The notes under the pieces were generated by a model. It did no database searches. It had not been told where the DNA came from and saw nothing but the letters and a program-made list of their open reading frames with translations. The position numbers and the translations under genes were made by a program. A stretch of DNA of 64,000 nucleotides from an uncultured Cytophagales bacterium (GTDB lineage: Bacteria > Bacteroidota > Bacteroidia > Cytophagales > Spirosomataceae): NCBI GenBank assembly GCA_964399465.1, contig CAYNRA010000006.1, forward strand, positions 1,060 through 65,059. Direction: 5' to 3'. This document shows, in pieces, positions 17,652-26,466 of this stretch (positions are counted from its first letter, which is position 1; each line of letters begins with the position of its first letter).

Positions 17652-20201
17652 TTAAAAAGGATAACCAATGCCGATTTGTGGAAGAATTCCATATCGATTA
17701 TTAAACCCAAATTGGAAATCATCCAAAACGAAGCGTTTTCCGACGGGTTGTGCGGGGTCAAAAACTTTGATTCCTAAATCAAGGCGAAAGAGAAAGTAGG
17801 TAAAATCAAGACGAAAACCAATGCCTGTTCCAAGTGCAATTTCTTTGTAGAAGCGACGAAAATCAAAATCAGCTTGTCCGATTTTCGTAGGAACTGGATA
17901 CCACTTCCAAATATTTCCTGCATCTAAAAAAGTGGCCATTTGGATATCTCCAAAAAATTGGCCGACATGCCTTCTGTATTCGATACTTCCTTCTAACAAA
18001 ATATCCCCAGGCTGTGGAATCACATTCCCAATTTCAGTAATATCGGCAGGGGCTGAACCCACGCCAAGGGATCTCGGAGACCAGGCACGAAGACTATTGC
18101 TACCGCCTGCAAAGAAGTTTTTTTCGTATGGTAGTGCCCTATTTTGTCCATATGGATTCGTTACACCTACATTTACTCGATAAGCCCAACTACTTCTGGA
18201 AGTCAAGTTGATATACTTCCTAAAATCCATATTTAGTTTGACAAACTGAAAATAAGCACGACTGGAATCAGAAGCTTGGTTATTGTTTCTGACGGGAAAA
18301 AGATTTTCTACCAAGGCTAATTTTGAATTATTCCCAATCACATTCAAAAGTGTTCCTCCTGACTCTAGAAATATGCGAAAAAACCGAGAGGAAGAATACG
18401 GTTTTTGTAAATTTTGATTATTAAATTGATACGTAGCATTTAAACTTGAAACGAACTGTGGGTCAAATGTAATTTTCAAGTTATTGCCTTCAGCTTGGAG
18501 TTGAAGTAAACTGGTATAGAATTGAAGCCCCTCTTCTCGTTCGGTGAAATAATTCGTATTCACCAAGCTCAAATCAAGTAAGGAAAATGAAAGGGATGAG
18601 AAACGAGTGGGCTGAAATGAATAGCTTGAATTGAGTTTAAAATTGAGTCGCTCTCCCCAAATAGGAACCGAGTAATTGATACCAACACCAAATTTGGTGG
18701 ATGGATTTTTTTGAACAGCTTTAAGGCTCAGCGAGGGTGGCAGAAGAAGCGTTGGGAAAGAGATTCCGATATTTGCCCCTGTTTCTATACTTCGCTGAAA
18801 ACCAGGCCTGTCTAGCAAAGCGGGTTGCCCTTCTAGAGAAAAGCGACCTCCAAATTCGATGGTTTCCAAACGGCGTAGCGTATTTCTCATGACAAGACCA
18901 GAAGTCAATCCGCCCCCCCAAATATTCTGAATATTGTTCGGGCCAAGATTGGCATTTAACGTAAAACGGTCGATAGAAGGAGAAAAATATTCTAGTTTAA
19001 GGTTCGTAGAATCAAGTTCTTGGAACATTGTTCCTGCAAATTGGAACTGGTTTAAAAACCCAATTTGCCGTTGTGATTCCAATACATTTTGTGTTTTATA
19101 CAGATCATTCGGTCGTGTGAGGATTCGTCTATCAATATATTGAACTGGGATACGTTTCTCAAGTGTAATATACTGAATACCGTTTAAAAATAGCGTATCC
19201 GGCTTACTTGATTTATCGAGTATCGTATTATCAAAACCTTTGAATACTACTTCTTTGATACGATACTTGGTATGTTTTTCTCGTTGAGGTGGTACATCAA
19301 TTTCAAAATAAAGATTTCCTCTTTTTGTACGCTTAAATTCTTCGAAATCACCGGATGTATTGGTTGTGTAGGAACGAATGAATTTACTCAAGAAGTTATA
19401 ATACCCATTATTTTTGGCGAGTAATTCAAGTCTACTTTTTTCTTCTTCTACCAGTGCCTTATCCATTCTATCTCCAGCTTTTACCTGGGCGAGCGTATTG
19501 GCATTCAAGAAAATTGATAGTAACGCAGAATCTTGCGAAACATAGACAACAGAATCAATCAAGTAAGGTAAATCTTCGGTGATTCGATAGATTAAGTTTG
19601 CTTTTCTAACATTCTTGCGAGAAAAAGAGGACTGAATTGTATCAATTTGGTAGTTTACAACTGCATCACGAAACCCTTTTTCTTGCAAATATTTTTGTAT
19701 TTTTTTTGCAGTCTCTGCCACCTGATCTGTCCGAATAATTGTTGGTTCCTCACCCAATGAACGCCAGAGTGAACTTGAACCTACTGTTAAATTTTCTTCA
19801 ATTCGTGCAAGTTTTCGTGAAAGCTTTTGGTATTTTCTATTTTGTACTGAGTTCTGGAAAATCGTTTCAATTGTCGTATTCAATGCTTCTTTTGTTCGTT
19901 CTTTTTCTATTTCTTGCTTTGGCCTATTAAACGTATTTTTTCCAAAATTCAAATACCAAATTTTAGGTGTAAAAGGAAGATTAAGAAAGCTAAAAGGACG
20001 TGTATTGGGTTTTTGGGCAAGTGGTATTAATCCTTGGAGTTCATCTGACGAAACAAAAGAATTCCCTTCAAAACGTTGATTTTTCAACAGAAATTCACCT
20101 TCACCCAATTGAATTTGACGTGTACATCCACTCCAGAGGAAAAGTCCAGATAAACTGAGAAATACGTATTTATGAATGATTTTTTGTATTTTTTTACGCA
20201 T
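17652..20201 (-). CDS. Omp85/BamA-family outer-membrane protein with lipoprotein signal (TamL-like)
   Basis: I chose the start MRKKIQK at 20201. Lipobox LFLWSGC. The long C-terminal beta-barrel ends IGIGYPF, with the terminal aromatic residue typical of an OMP. Confidence 0.8.
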   Translation of the reverse strand: MRKKIQKIIHKYVFLSLSGLFLWSGCTRQIQLGEGEFLLKNQRFEGNSFVSSDELQGLIPLAQKPNTRPFSFLNLPFTPKIWYLNFGKNTFNRPKQEIEKERTKEALNTTIETIFQNSVQNRKYQKLSRKLARIEENLTVGSSSLWRSLGEEPTIIRTDQVAETAKKIQKYLQEKGFRDAVVNYQIDTIQSSFSRKNVRKANLIYRITEDLPYLIDSVVYVSQDSALLSIFLNANTLAQVKAGDRMDKALVEEEKSRLELLAKNNGYYNFLSKFIRSYTTNTSGDFEEFKRTKRGNLYFEIDVPPQREKHTKYRIKEVVFKGFDNTILDKSSKPDTLFLNGIQYITLEKRIPVQYIDRRILTRPNDLYKTQNVLESQRQIGFLNQFQFAGTMFQELDSTNLKLEYFSPSIDRFTLNANLGPNNIQNIWGGGLTSGLVMRNTLRRLETIEFGGRFSLEGQPALLDRPGFQRSIETGANIGISFPTLLLPPSLSLKAVQKNPSTKFGVGINYSVPIWGERLNFKLNSSYSFQPTRFSSLSFSLLDLSLVNTNYFTEREEGLQFYTSLLQLQAEGNNLKITFDPQFVSSLNATYQFNNQNLQKPYSSSRFFRIFLESGGTLLNVIGNNSKLALVENLFPVRNNNQASDSSRAYFQFVKLNMDFRKYINLTSRSSWAYRVNVGVTNPYGQNRALPYEKNFFAGGSNSLRAWSPRSLGVGSAPADITEIGNVIPQPGDILLEGSIEYRRHVGQFFGDIQMATFLDAGNIWKWYPVPTKIGQADFDFRRFYKEIALGTGIGFRLDFTYFLFRLDLGIKVFDPAQPVGKRFVLDDFQFGFNNRYGILPQIGIGYPF

Positions 20202-20415
20202 AGGAAGCCATCTGATTCCCAGAAACATGTGAAAACGGAACGCATGTTTCACTCTATTTTTAGGAATATGGATTAAAAATTAATTTCCAAAATGAAATAT
20301 AGGGACAAAAATACATTGCAAAAACGAAAACTAGCTATTATTTGATTGAGTGTCGATATAAAATATCTGTTTGTCGCAGTCAGAAAGGTAGAAATCTGAT
20401 TCGATAATTTAAACT

Positions 20416-20449
20416 AAAAACGGATGAAAGTTTCTTTTCATCCGTTTTT
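20416..20449 (-). terminator. rho-independent terminator after aguB (symmetric A/T flanks)
   Basis: AAAAACGGATGAAA / TTTCATCCGTTTTT, a 14-bp arm that includes the flanking runs. Confidence 0.85.
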
Positions 20450-20458
20450 CTATAGTTT

Positions 20459-21328
20459 CTATTCATCAATAAATCGCTTTAGGATAGGCTGATAACTATC
20501 AATACGGCGATCTCTCAAGTAAGGCCACGTTGTTCTATAATATTCCGACTGTAGAATATCAATACGTTGTACGTGTGTTTCTTCGGTATCGTGTGACGCC
20601 AAATAAAGCAAGCGACCATGTGGATTAGCAACAAAAGAGCCACCCCAGAACTGCTGTTCAGCTTCACGACCTACCCGATTTACACTGACTACAAAAACAC
20701 CGTTTGCTACAGCATGACTACGTTGGATGGTCTGCCAAGCATCGTATTGTTCTTTTTTAATTTCTTCTGACGGTTCGTTTATATCCCAGCCTATGGCAGT
20801 TGGGAAAAACAAAATTTCTGCGCCCATGAGAGATGTAATTCGAGCAGCTTCAGGATACCATTGATCCCAGCATATCAATACCCCTATCGTTGCAAATTTC
20901 GTTTTGAATACCTTATATCCTAAATCTCCTGGCGTAAAATAGAACTTTTCATAATAGCCTGGATCGTCTGGAATATGCATTTTTCGATACTTACCAAGAT
21001 AGGAACCGTCAGCGTCGAGTACAGCAGTTGTATTGTGGTACAGACCTGCAGCCCTTTTTTCAAAGAGAGATGCAATAATCACCACGCCAAGTTCTGCCGC
21101 AAGGGGCTGAAGTAAATCAGTTGAGGGACCTGGAATTGGCTCGGCCAAACCGAACTTTGCATGATCTTCTGTGTCGCAGAAATAGAGCGAAGTAAAAAGT
21201 TCTTGTAAACAAATTATTTGTGCCCCATTTGCAGCAGCTTCACGAATTTTTTGAACCGCTTTTTCTTTATTTGCTTGCACGTCTTCTGTACAAGCCATTT
21301 GTACCAAACCTATCGAGACTTCTTTCAT
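20459..21328 (-). CDS. aguB: N-carbamoylputrescine amidase (carbon-nitrogen hydrolase family)
   Basis: 289 aa. The block YRKMHIPDDPGYYEKFYFTPGD..ICWDQWYPEAAR closely matches plant and bacterial CPA/AguB. Confidence 0.85.
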   Translation of the reverse strand: MKEVSIGLVQMACTEDVQANKEKAVQKIREAAANGAQIICLQELFTSLYFCDTEDHAKFGLAEPIPGPSTDLLQPLAAELGVVIIASLFEKRAAGLYHNTTAVLDADGSYLGKYRKMHIPDDPGYYEKFYFTPGDLGYKVFKTKFATIGVLICWDQWYPEAARITSLMGAEILFFPTAIGWDINEPSEEIKKEQYDAWQTIQRSHAVANGVFVVSVNRVGREAEQQFWGGSFVANPHGRLLYLASHDTEETHVQRIDILQSEYYRTTWPYLRDRRIDSYQPILKRFIDE

Positions 21329-21331
21329 GAT

Positions 21332-22402
21332 TTAAAATTTCACTTTAAAACGTTCACCTAATTCATTCAAACTTTCTACTACCTTGTCATTGAGAGGAAT
21401 ACCTGAAAGTCGTCTTTCTGCTTCAAAGTTTCGTTCTTGATCACCCGGAATCTGAACAGGAAATCCTTCAACATGCTTGGCATTACGAAAACGTTTGATC
21501 CAAATATCCATCGAATTTTTGAACTGCTCAGTAGGCATGAAGCCATCAATACGCATAGCACCAATAAAATGCCCTGTTCCCTTTCCAACTTGCTCTGCAG
21601 TCACATCATGAAACCCTGCGGTGGCAAAAGGAGGAACCCAAGGGCCAAAATTTGCACCCGAAAGTACCCCCGATAAAATATCTACGATAGAACCAAGACC
21701 ATACCCTTTATGGCTACCATGTTCTCTGTCACCACCGAGTGGCAACAATCCTCCGCCTTGTTTTACGGCATGTGCATTATCTGTTGGATTGCCAAATTCA
21801 TCTTGTACCCAACCAAGTGGCGCGGGTTTGCCCAGCCGTTGCAGAATTTCCATTTTTCCGTAAGCGACAGCTGTAGTTGCGAAATCAGCAACGAAAGCTG
21901 GTTCCGTTGCGGCAGGAATGGCAAGCGCAATTGGATTTGTACCAAGCATTTTTTCAGTGGCAAACGTAGGTACAACAAGAGGTGCAGCGTTTGTCATTGC
22001 CCAACCAATCATATCTTTGGCGAGAGGAAGCATTGCATGATAACCTGCAATCCCAAAATGATTGGAGTTTTGAATAGCAATCCAGCCAGTTCCTGCTTTA
22101 CTCGCTTTTTTTTGTGCCAATTTCATTGCCCAAGGTGCAACAACAAGTCCCAACCCCCTATCTCCATCTACAACGGCAGTACTTGGTGACTGATGTACAA
22201 TTTTAATTTGAGGCGTTGGATTCAATCGGCCGTGATCAAACAAACGAACATAACCTGCTAAGCGAGCTACTCCGTGCGAATCAACCCCGCGCAAATCCGC
22301 CGATACCAAGACATCTGCTGCAAGTCGGGCATCTTTAGGTGGACAACCAATTGCCAAAAATATTTTCTCTGTGAACTTTCTTACTCGATTTTCTACAAAC
22401 AT
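21332..22402 (-). CDS. Ldh_2 family (malate/L-lactate dehydrogenase type 2) oxidoreductase
   Basis: 356 aa. Motifs DSHGVARLAGYV, NSNHFGIAGYH and PLGG..HKGYGL. Confidence 0.85.
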   Translation of the reverse strand: MFVENRVRKFTEKIFLAIGCPPKDARLAADVLVSADLRGVDSHGVARLAGYVRLFDHGRLNPTPQIKIVHQSPSTAVVDGDRGLGLVVAPWAMKLAQKKASKAGTGWIAIQNSNHFGIAGYHAMLPLAKDMIGWAMTNAAPLVVPTFATEKMLGTNPIALAIPAATEPAFVADFATTAVAYGKMEILQRLGKPAPLGWVQDEFGNPTDNAHAVKQGGGLLPLGGDREHGSHKGYGLGSIVDILSGVLSGANFGPWVPPFATAGFHDVTAEQVGKGTGHFIGAMRIDGFMPTEQFKNSMDIWIKRFRNAKHVEGFPVQIPGDQERNFEAERRLSGIPLNDKVVESLNELGERFKVKF

Positions 22403-22410
22403 AATTGTGT

Positions 22411-22446
22411 AAATTTCGGCGAAATTATCAAATTATCGCCAAATTT
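22411..22446. promoter_or_regulatory. imperfect inverted repeat in the divergent Ldh_2 / DUF4139 intergenic region
   Basis: AAATTT(C)GGCGA ... TCGCCAAATTT, enclosing the tandem 8-mers AAATTATC AAATTATC (22422-22437). Confidence 0.35.
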
Positions 22447-22524
22447 GTAGTCATTTTTACTTACAACCTAACAGAAACGCATAGAAACAATCGTTCTATC
22501 CTCTCAAACTAATTCGTCAATAAC

Positions 22525-24102
22525 ATGTCTCGATTCATTTTAATTCTTTTTCTTGCAACCTCATTTACTTCTTTCGCCCAGCAAAATCAACAACGTGTTG
22601 TTCCTAAACTAGACAGCGTTACCGTTTTTTCACAGCAAGCTCAACTGCATTTATCTACCCCTAAATTACGGGTGAGTAAGGGGAAGAGTATGTATTATTT
22701 TACGGGAATTTCTGGACAATTAGACCCCAAAAGTATTCAAGTCATGGGAAAAGGTGCATTTACAATTGCTTCTGTTGGATATGAATGGAATGACAAAGAT
22801 GCACTTCTGAAACAAGTGGAAGATACGCTACAAAAAATTGACATGTTGGTTAAATCGACTAAAATGGCATTACAAGTAGTAGAGCAAAAAGAAAAAATCA
22901 TGATGGCAAACGCCTCTTTCAAAAGTGAAGTGGACGGACTTCTACCAGAAGATTTCCAAGAATTGCTTGCCATTTTTGAAAAAAAATTAACTCAGAATGG
23001 ACAGAAAAAAATTGAATTAGAGGAAAAACTTACTGAGCTTCAAATTTTAAAAGATAAAATCCTTACATCTATCACTGCTCAAGACAAGCCACGCATAAAA
23101 GTTGAAGTTGTAGCTGAGCAAGACACGGATGCTCAATTTATCGTACATTATTTATCAAATGGGGCTAGTTGGCGTCCTACATACACAGCCCGAATCACGG
23201 ATATTGGCCAACCCATATTGTTGCATTACCAAGCAGAAATATACCAAAATACTGGAATTTCGTGGGACAATGTAAAACTTACCTTATCTACAGCGACACC
23301 AACACAAGGAGGCGAAAAACCTACGTTAGTTTCTGTTTTTATCGACCAAAAACCGGCTTTCACTGCATATGCAAAAGGTGCCATGCCTCCTCCTACCCTG
23401 GGGAATGTACGGATGAGCATCGCGGAGGCAGTAACAGAAGATATGCCGATGGCAGCGAGTTCTGCGGATTGGGTAGCGGTTTCAGAATCTATCATCACCC
23501 AATTTTCTATCCGTGAGCGTTATACAATTCCATCAAATAATACTGCACAAAAAATTGATATTCAACAATTTACACTTCCAGCTAAATACGAATATCAGGC
23601 AGTACCTAAAAAATCGACGGACGGATTTATTACAACTGAGATTCAGGATTGGACGACAAAAAATCTATTGAGTGGCCCTGTTTCTTTATTTTGGTCAGGG
23701 ACCTATTTGGGTGAATCTATCTTGGACGTCAGTGATTTAACGAAACCCTTGACCTTATCTTTAGGAAGAGACAAGAGTATCGTTTGTCAATACGAGCCCA
23801 TCCGTGAGTGGAAAACGAAAAAATCATTTATTGGTGGGGAGGTAAAAGAAACGTTTGAGTTTAAAACCACGATTTATAATACCAAAAATATATCCGTTGA
23901 TTTAAGAGTTGAAGATCAAATTCCTGTGTCGAGGGATGAACGTATAGAAATTTTAGGTGATTTCTCAGGTAATGCTTCGTTAAACAAAGAAACCGGGCTT
24001 GTTACTTGGCAAGTACAACTGGAGCCAAATGAGAAGCGGGTTTTCACAACCAAATACACCGTAAAATATCCGAAGGAAATACGCCTTCGCTATCAAGAGT
24101 AA
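22525..24102 (+). CDS. DUF4139 domain-containing protein (MuiA-like family)
   Basis: 525 aa. Signal peptide, central coiled-coil and long beta-rich C-terminus. The assignment is by architecture only. Confidence 0.6.
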   Translation: MSRFILILFLATSFTSFAQQNQQRVVPKLDSVTVFSQQAQLHLSTPKLRVSKGKSMYYFTGISGQLDPKSIQVMGKGAFTIASVGYEWNDKDALLKQVEDTLQKIDMLVKSTKMALQVVEQKEKIMMANASFKSEVDGLLPEDFQELLAIFEKKLTQNGQKKIELEEKLTELQILKDKILTSITAQDKPRIKVEVVAEQDTDAQFIVHYLSNGASWRPTYTARITDIGQPILLHYQAEIYQNTGISWDNVKLTLSTATPTQGGEKPTLVSVFIDQKPAFTAYAKGAMPPPTLGNVRMSIAEAVTEDMPMAASSADWVAVSESIITQFSIRERYTIPSNNTAQKIDIQQFTLPAKYEYQAVPKKSTDGFITTEIQDWTTKNLLSGPVSLFWSGTYLGESILDVSDLTKPLTLSLGRDKSIVCQYEPIREWKTKKSFIGGEVKETFEFKTTIYNTKNISVDLRVEDQIPVSRDERIEILGDFSGNASLNKETGLVTWQVQLEPNEKRVFTTKYTVKYPKEIRLRYQE

Positions 24103-24119
24103 ATATTCATCTAACCAAC

Positions 24120-24150
24120 GCCCTTTCTGTATAAAAGAAAGGGCATTTTT
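24120..24150 (+). terminator. rho-independent terminator after the DUF4139 gene
   Basis: Stem GCCCTTTCT / AGAAAGGGC (9 bp) followed by ATTTTT. Confidence 0.85.
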
Positions 24151-24153
24151 ATT

Positions 24154-24672
24154 ATGTTATATTCTCAATTTATTGAAACGGATCGTTTACTTGCCATTCC
24201 GTTGGATAGTGAACAATTGGAGTTGTATCTCCAGAAATCTCCATTTTTTGAAGATGTGATGGGACTGACTAACTCCTCGATATATATATCAGAGGAAGTA
24301 GAGGAGTTACTTAGAGAAGCCGTACTACCACGCTTAAAAAGCGAGACAACGAATATGCATTGGTTTACGAATTGGATAGCGGTTGTTCGGTCGACCCAGC
24401 AGATAGTTGGCGATTTTTGTTTTTATGATGCTCCTGATGCACAAGGATTGGTAGAGGTTGGTTATGGCGTGTATCCATCCCAACAAAAAAAAGGATACAT
24501 GCATGAATTAATGAAAGGAATTATTGGATGGGCAAGCGAGCAAGAAGGTGTTCGGTACCTTCGAGCACGTACCGAACGAACGAACGTTCCCTCTATTAAA
24601 CTTTTATCAAAAAGTGGATTTATTTGCCCAGATCAATTAGAAGATACCCAATTTTGGTATTATGTAATTTGA
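24154..24672 (+). CDS. GNAT family N-acetyltransferase (RimJ/RimL-like)
   Basis: 172 aa. Acetyl-CoA-binding region GYGVYPSQQKKGYMHELMKGIIGWA, and C-terminal NVPSIKLLSKSGF. Confidence 0.75.
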   Translation: MLYSQFIETDRLLAIPLDSEQLELYLQKSPFFEDVMGLTNSSIYISEEVEELLREAVLPRLKSETTNMHWFTNWIAVVRSTQQIVGDFCFYDAPDAQGLVEVGYGVYPSQQKKGYMHELMKGIIGWASEQEGVRYLRARTERTNVPSIKLLSKSGFICPDQLEDTQFWYYVI

Positions 24673-24753
24673 GAAGTTCATTGAACTTCTCCCTTTATTC
24701 ATAAAATACCTCCTAGTTAGTCCTAACTTGCTCATTACGTATTTTTAAATTTA

Positions 24754-25578
24754 TCAAAAATTATCAAGTGGTGAAATAGGCTCTCGATACGGCTTACCAC
24801 ACGTTGGGCATTTTCCAGATTTGGATTTATACTTTGTTAGGTGTTCTGAGAAACCCGAAGCCAAAATACCTGTTGGAAGTGCAACCATACCAATACCTAG
24901 TAGCGCAATGAGTGCACCAAAAAATTTACCTAGCGGTGTAATCGGATAAATATCTCCATAACCTACAGTAGTGAGTGTTGCAACCCCCCACCATAGCGTA
25001 GCAGGGATACTCGAAAACGCATCTGGTTGTGCCTCGTGTTCTATGTAATACATGAGTGTTGAAGCAAAAACAAGCAGAAAAAAAGTAAAAATAATGGATA
25101 CAGAAAGTTCTTCTCTTTTTTGGTAAAGTACTCGCTCTATCAAGCGAAGGGCACGAACATATCTCGTAATTTTGAATATCCGAAAAATAGTTAATAATCT
25201 AAAAATCCGAATAGATCTTAAATCTACAAATCCAGAACTAACTACAAAAAAAGGAAGGATAGCTATTAGATCTATTAATGACATAAAGCTTACCATATAA
25301 TGAAGCCGTGGAAATCGCTTTCTTCTGTAACGAGGCACAAGGTCTGATACCCAAATTCGGAGTAGATATTCGAGTGTAAAAAATAGAACAGAAATCAAGT
25401 CAAACCAGTAAAAAAAAGACTGGTAATTTTCTTTATATGTCGCTACAGATTCAAGCATTAAGACGGCTATATTACTCATAATGAGTAGGATAATAAACCA
25501 ATCTACCCACCAACTCAATGAAAACCTGACATTTGAAACTTGAAAAACACTGTAGATATATTTTTTTAGAGCTAGCAT
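24754..25578 (-). CDS. voltage-gated-type potassium channel (6TM)
   Basis: 274 aa. S4-like segment with Arg at every third position (IRIFRLLTIFRIFKITRYVRALRLIERV) and the K+ selectivity filter TTVGYGD. Confidence 0.9.
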   Translation of the reverse strand: MLALKKYIYSVFQVSNVRFSLSWWVDWFIILLIMSNIAVLMLESVATYKENYQSFFYWFDLISVLFFTLEYLLRIWVSDLVPRYRRKRFPRLHYMVSFMSLIDLIAILPFFVVSSGFVDLRSIRIFRLLTIFRIFKITRYVRALRLIERVLYQKREELSVSIIFTFFLLVFASTLMYYIEHEAQPDAFSSIPATLWWGVATLTTVGYGDIYPITPLGKFFGALIALLGIGMVALPTGILASGFSEHLTKYKSKSGKCPTCGKPYREPISPLDNF

Positions 25579-25754
25579 AATTTAGGGTCAATAGTATATT
25601 TGAAAACAAAAAATAGGGTATTTAATAAGGAACATCTAGCAAATTATAAAAAAACTATTATGAAATTTCGACTGAAACTGTATATTTGCTAAATTAAGCT
25701 TTTCTAAAGTTTTCATTTAAACCTACTAAAAAACTAAACTACCTAAACTGAGGC

Positions 25755-26393
25755 GTGTCGTACGATTCAATACTTTCCGAAATCTCACAGCACCTGCATT
25801 CTCCTTTACCTGGTGCTGAGGCTCACCAGCGCATGATGAGTCGGGAAAAATTCGTCCTTAGCCCAAGAGCAGAAGTCATTCCACGCCAAAGTGCCGTTTT
25901 AGTTTTATTATATCCACACAAAAACACACTTCACATTCCACTTATTCAGCGCCCTAAGTACGATGGGGTACATGGTGGTCAGATGGCACTTCCAGGCGGA
26001 AAAATGGAAAACGAAGATGAATCATTGATTCGTACAGCATTGCGAGAAGCTCAAGAAGAAATAGGGATAAAAACCATTGATATTTCTATCCTTGGTACGC
26101 TTTCACAGTTGTATATTCCACCAAGCAACTTTTATGTGCAGCCTGTGGTTGGATATATGCCCTATAGACCTGATTTTTTTCCTGATAGCCGAGAAGTTGA
26201 TGCAATTATTGAGGTCCCAGCCAAACAACTTTTAGAAAATGCTTCCATAGAAGAGCGCGTAATGGAAATACGTGGAAAGAGTTTTCGTACACCCGGTTAT
26301 GCAATCAATAACCATTGGATTTGGGGAGCTACGGCTTCTATGCTGGCTGAATTTTGTGATGTGCTTCAACGTGTGACTCCTTCTCGACTTTAA
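25755..26393 (+). CDS. NUDIX hydrolase, CoA pyrophosphatase-like
   Basis: 212 aa with a GTG start. Nudix box LPGGKMENEDESLIRTALREAQEEIGI. Confidence 0.8.
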   Translation: MSYDSILSEISQHLHSPLPGAEAHQRMMSREKFVLSPRAEVIPRQSAVLVLLYPHKNTLHIPLIQRPKYDGVHGGQMALPGGKMENEDESLIRTALREAQEEIGIKTIDISILGTLSQLYIPPSNFYVQPVVGYMPYRPDFFPDSREVDAIIEVPAKQLLENASIEERVMEIRGKSFRTPGYAINNHWIWGATASMLAEFCDVLQRVTPSRL

Positions 26394-26466
26394 TGCACTA
26401 GATTTTTTCGTAAAATAATACGTACTTTGTGCGACTTACTTGATCCTCACTTTGTGAAATATACGC

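Noticed and set aside
20222-20250. An inverted repeat GAAACATG-N13-CATGTTTC in the apparent 5' end of the Omp85-like ORF.
   Set aside because: It lies upstream of the preferred start (20201). It is a plausible leader hairpin, but it is only 8 bp and I have no supporting evidence.
22403-22524. A possible replication origin. Gene orientation in the window switches here from mostly minus (left) to mostly plus (right), as expected around oriC.
   Set aside because: The spacer is only 122 bp. It has no TTATCCACA-type DnaA boxes and no AT-rich unwinding repeats, and no dnaA or dnaN is nearby. The flip can be a local operon arrangement. A whole-genome cumulative GC-skew plot would be needed to settle it.
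24673-24691. A 19-nt palindrome AGAAGTTCATTGAACTTCT right after the GNAT stop, between convergent genes.
   Set aside because: It is a short AT-rich stem with an effectively 1-5-nt loop and no U-tract on either side. It is at most a weak terminator and does not merit a feature call.
24760-24800. A CPTC motif in the K+ channel tail, considered as a zinc ribbon.
   Set aside because: Only one CxxC pair is present, which is not enough for a zinc-ribbon assignment.
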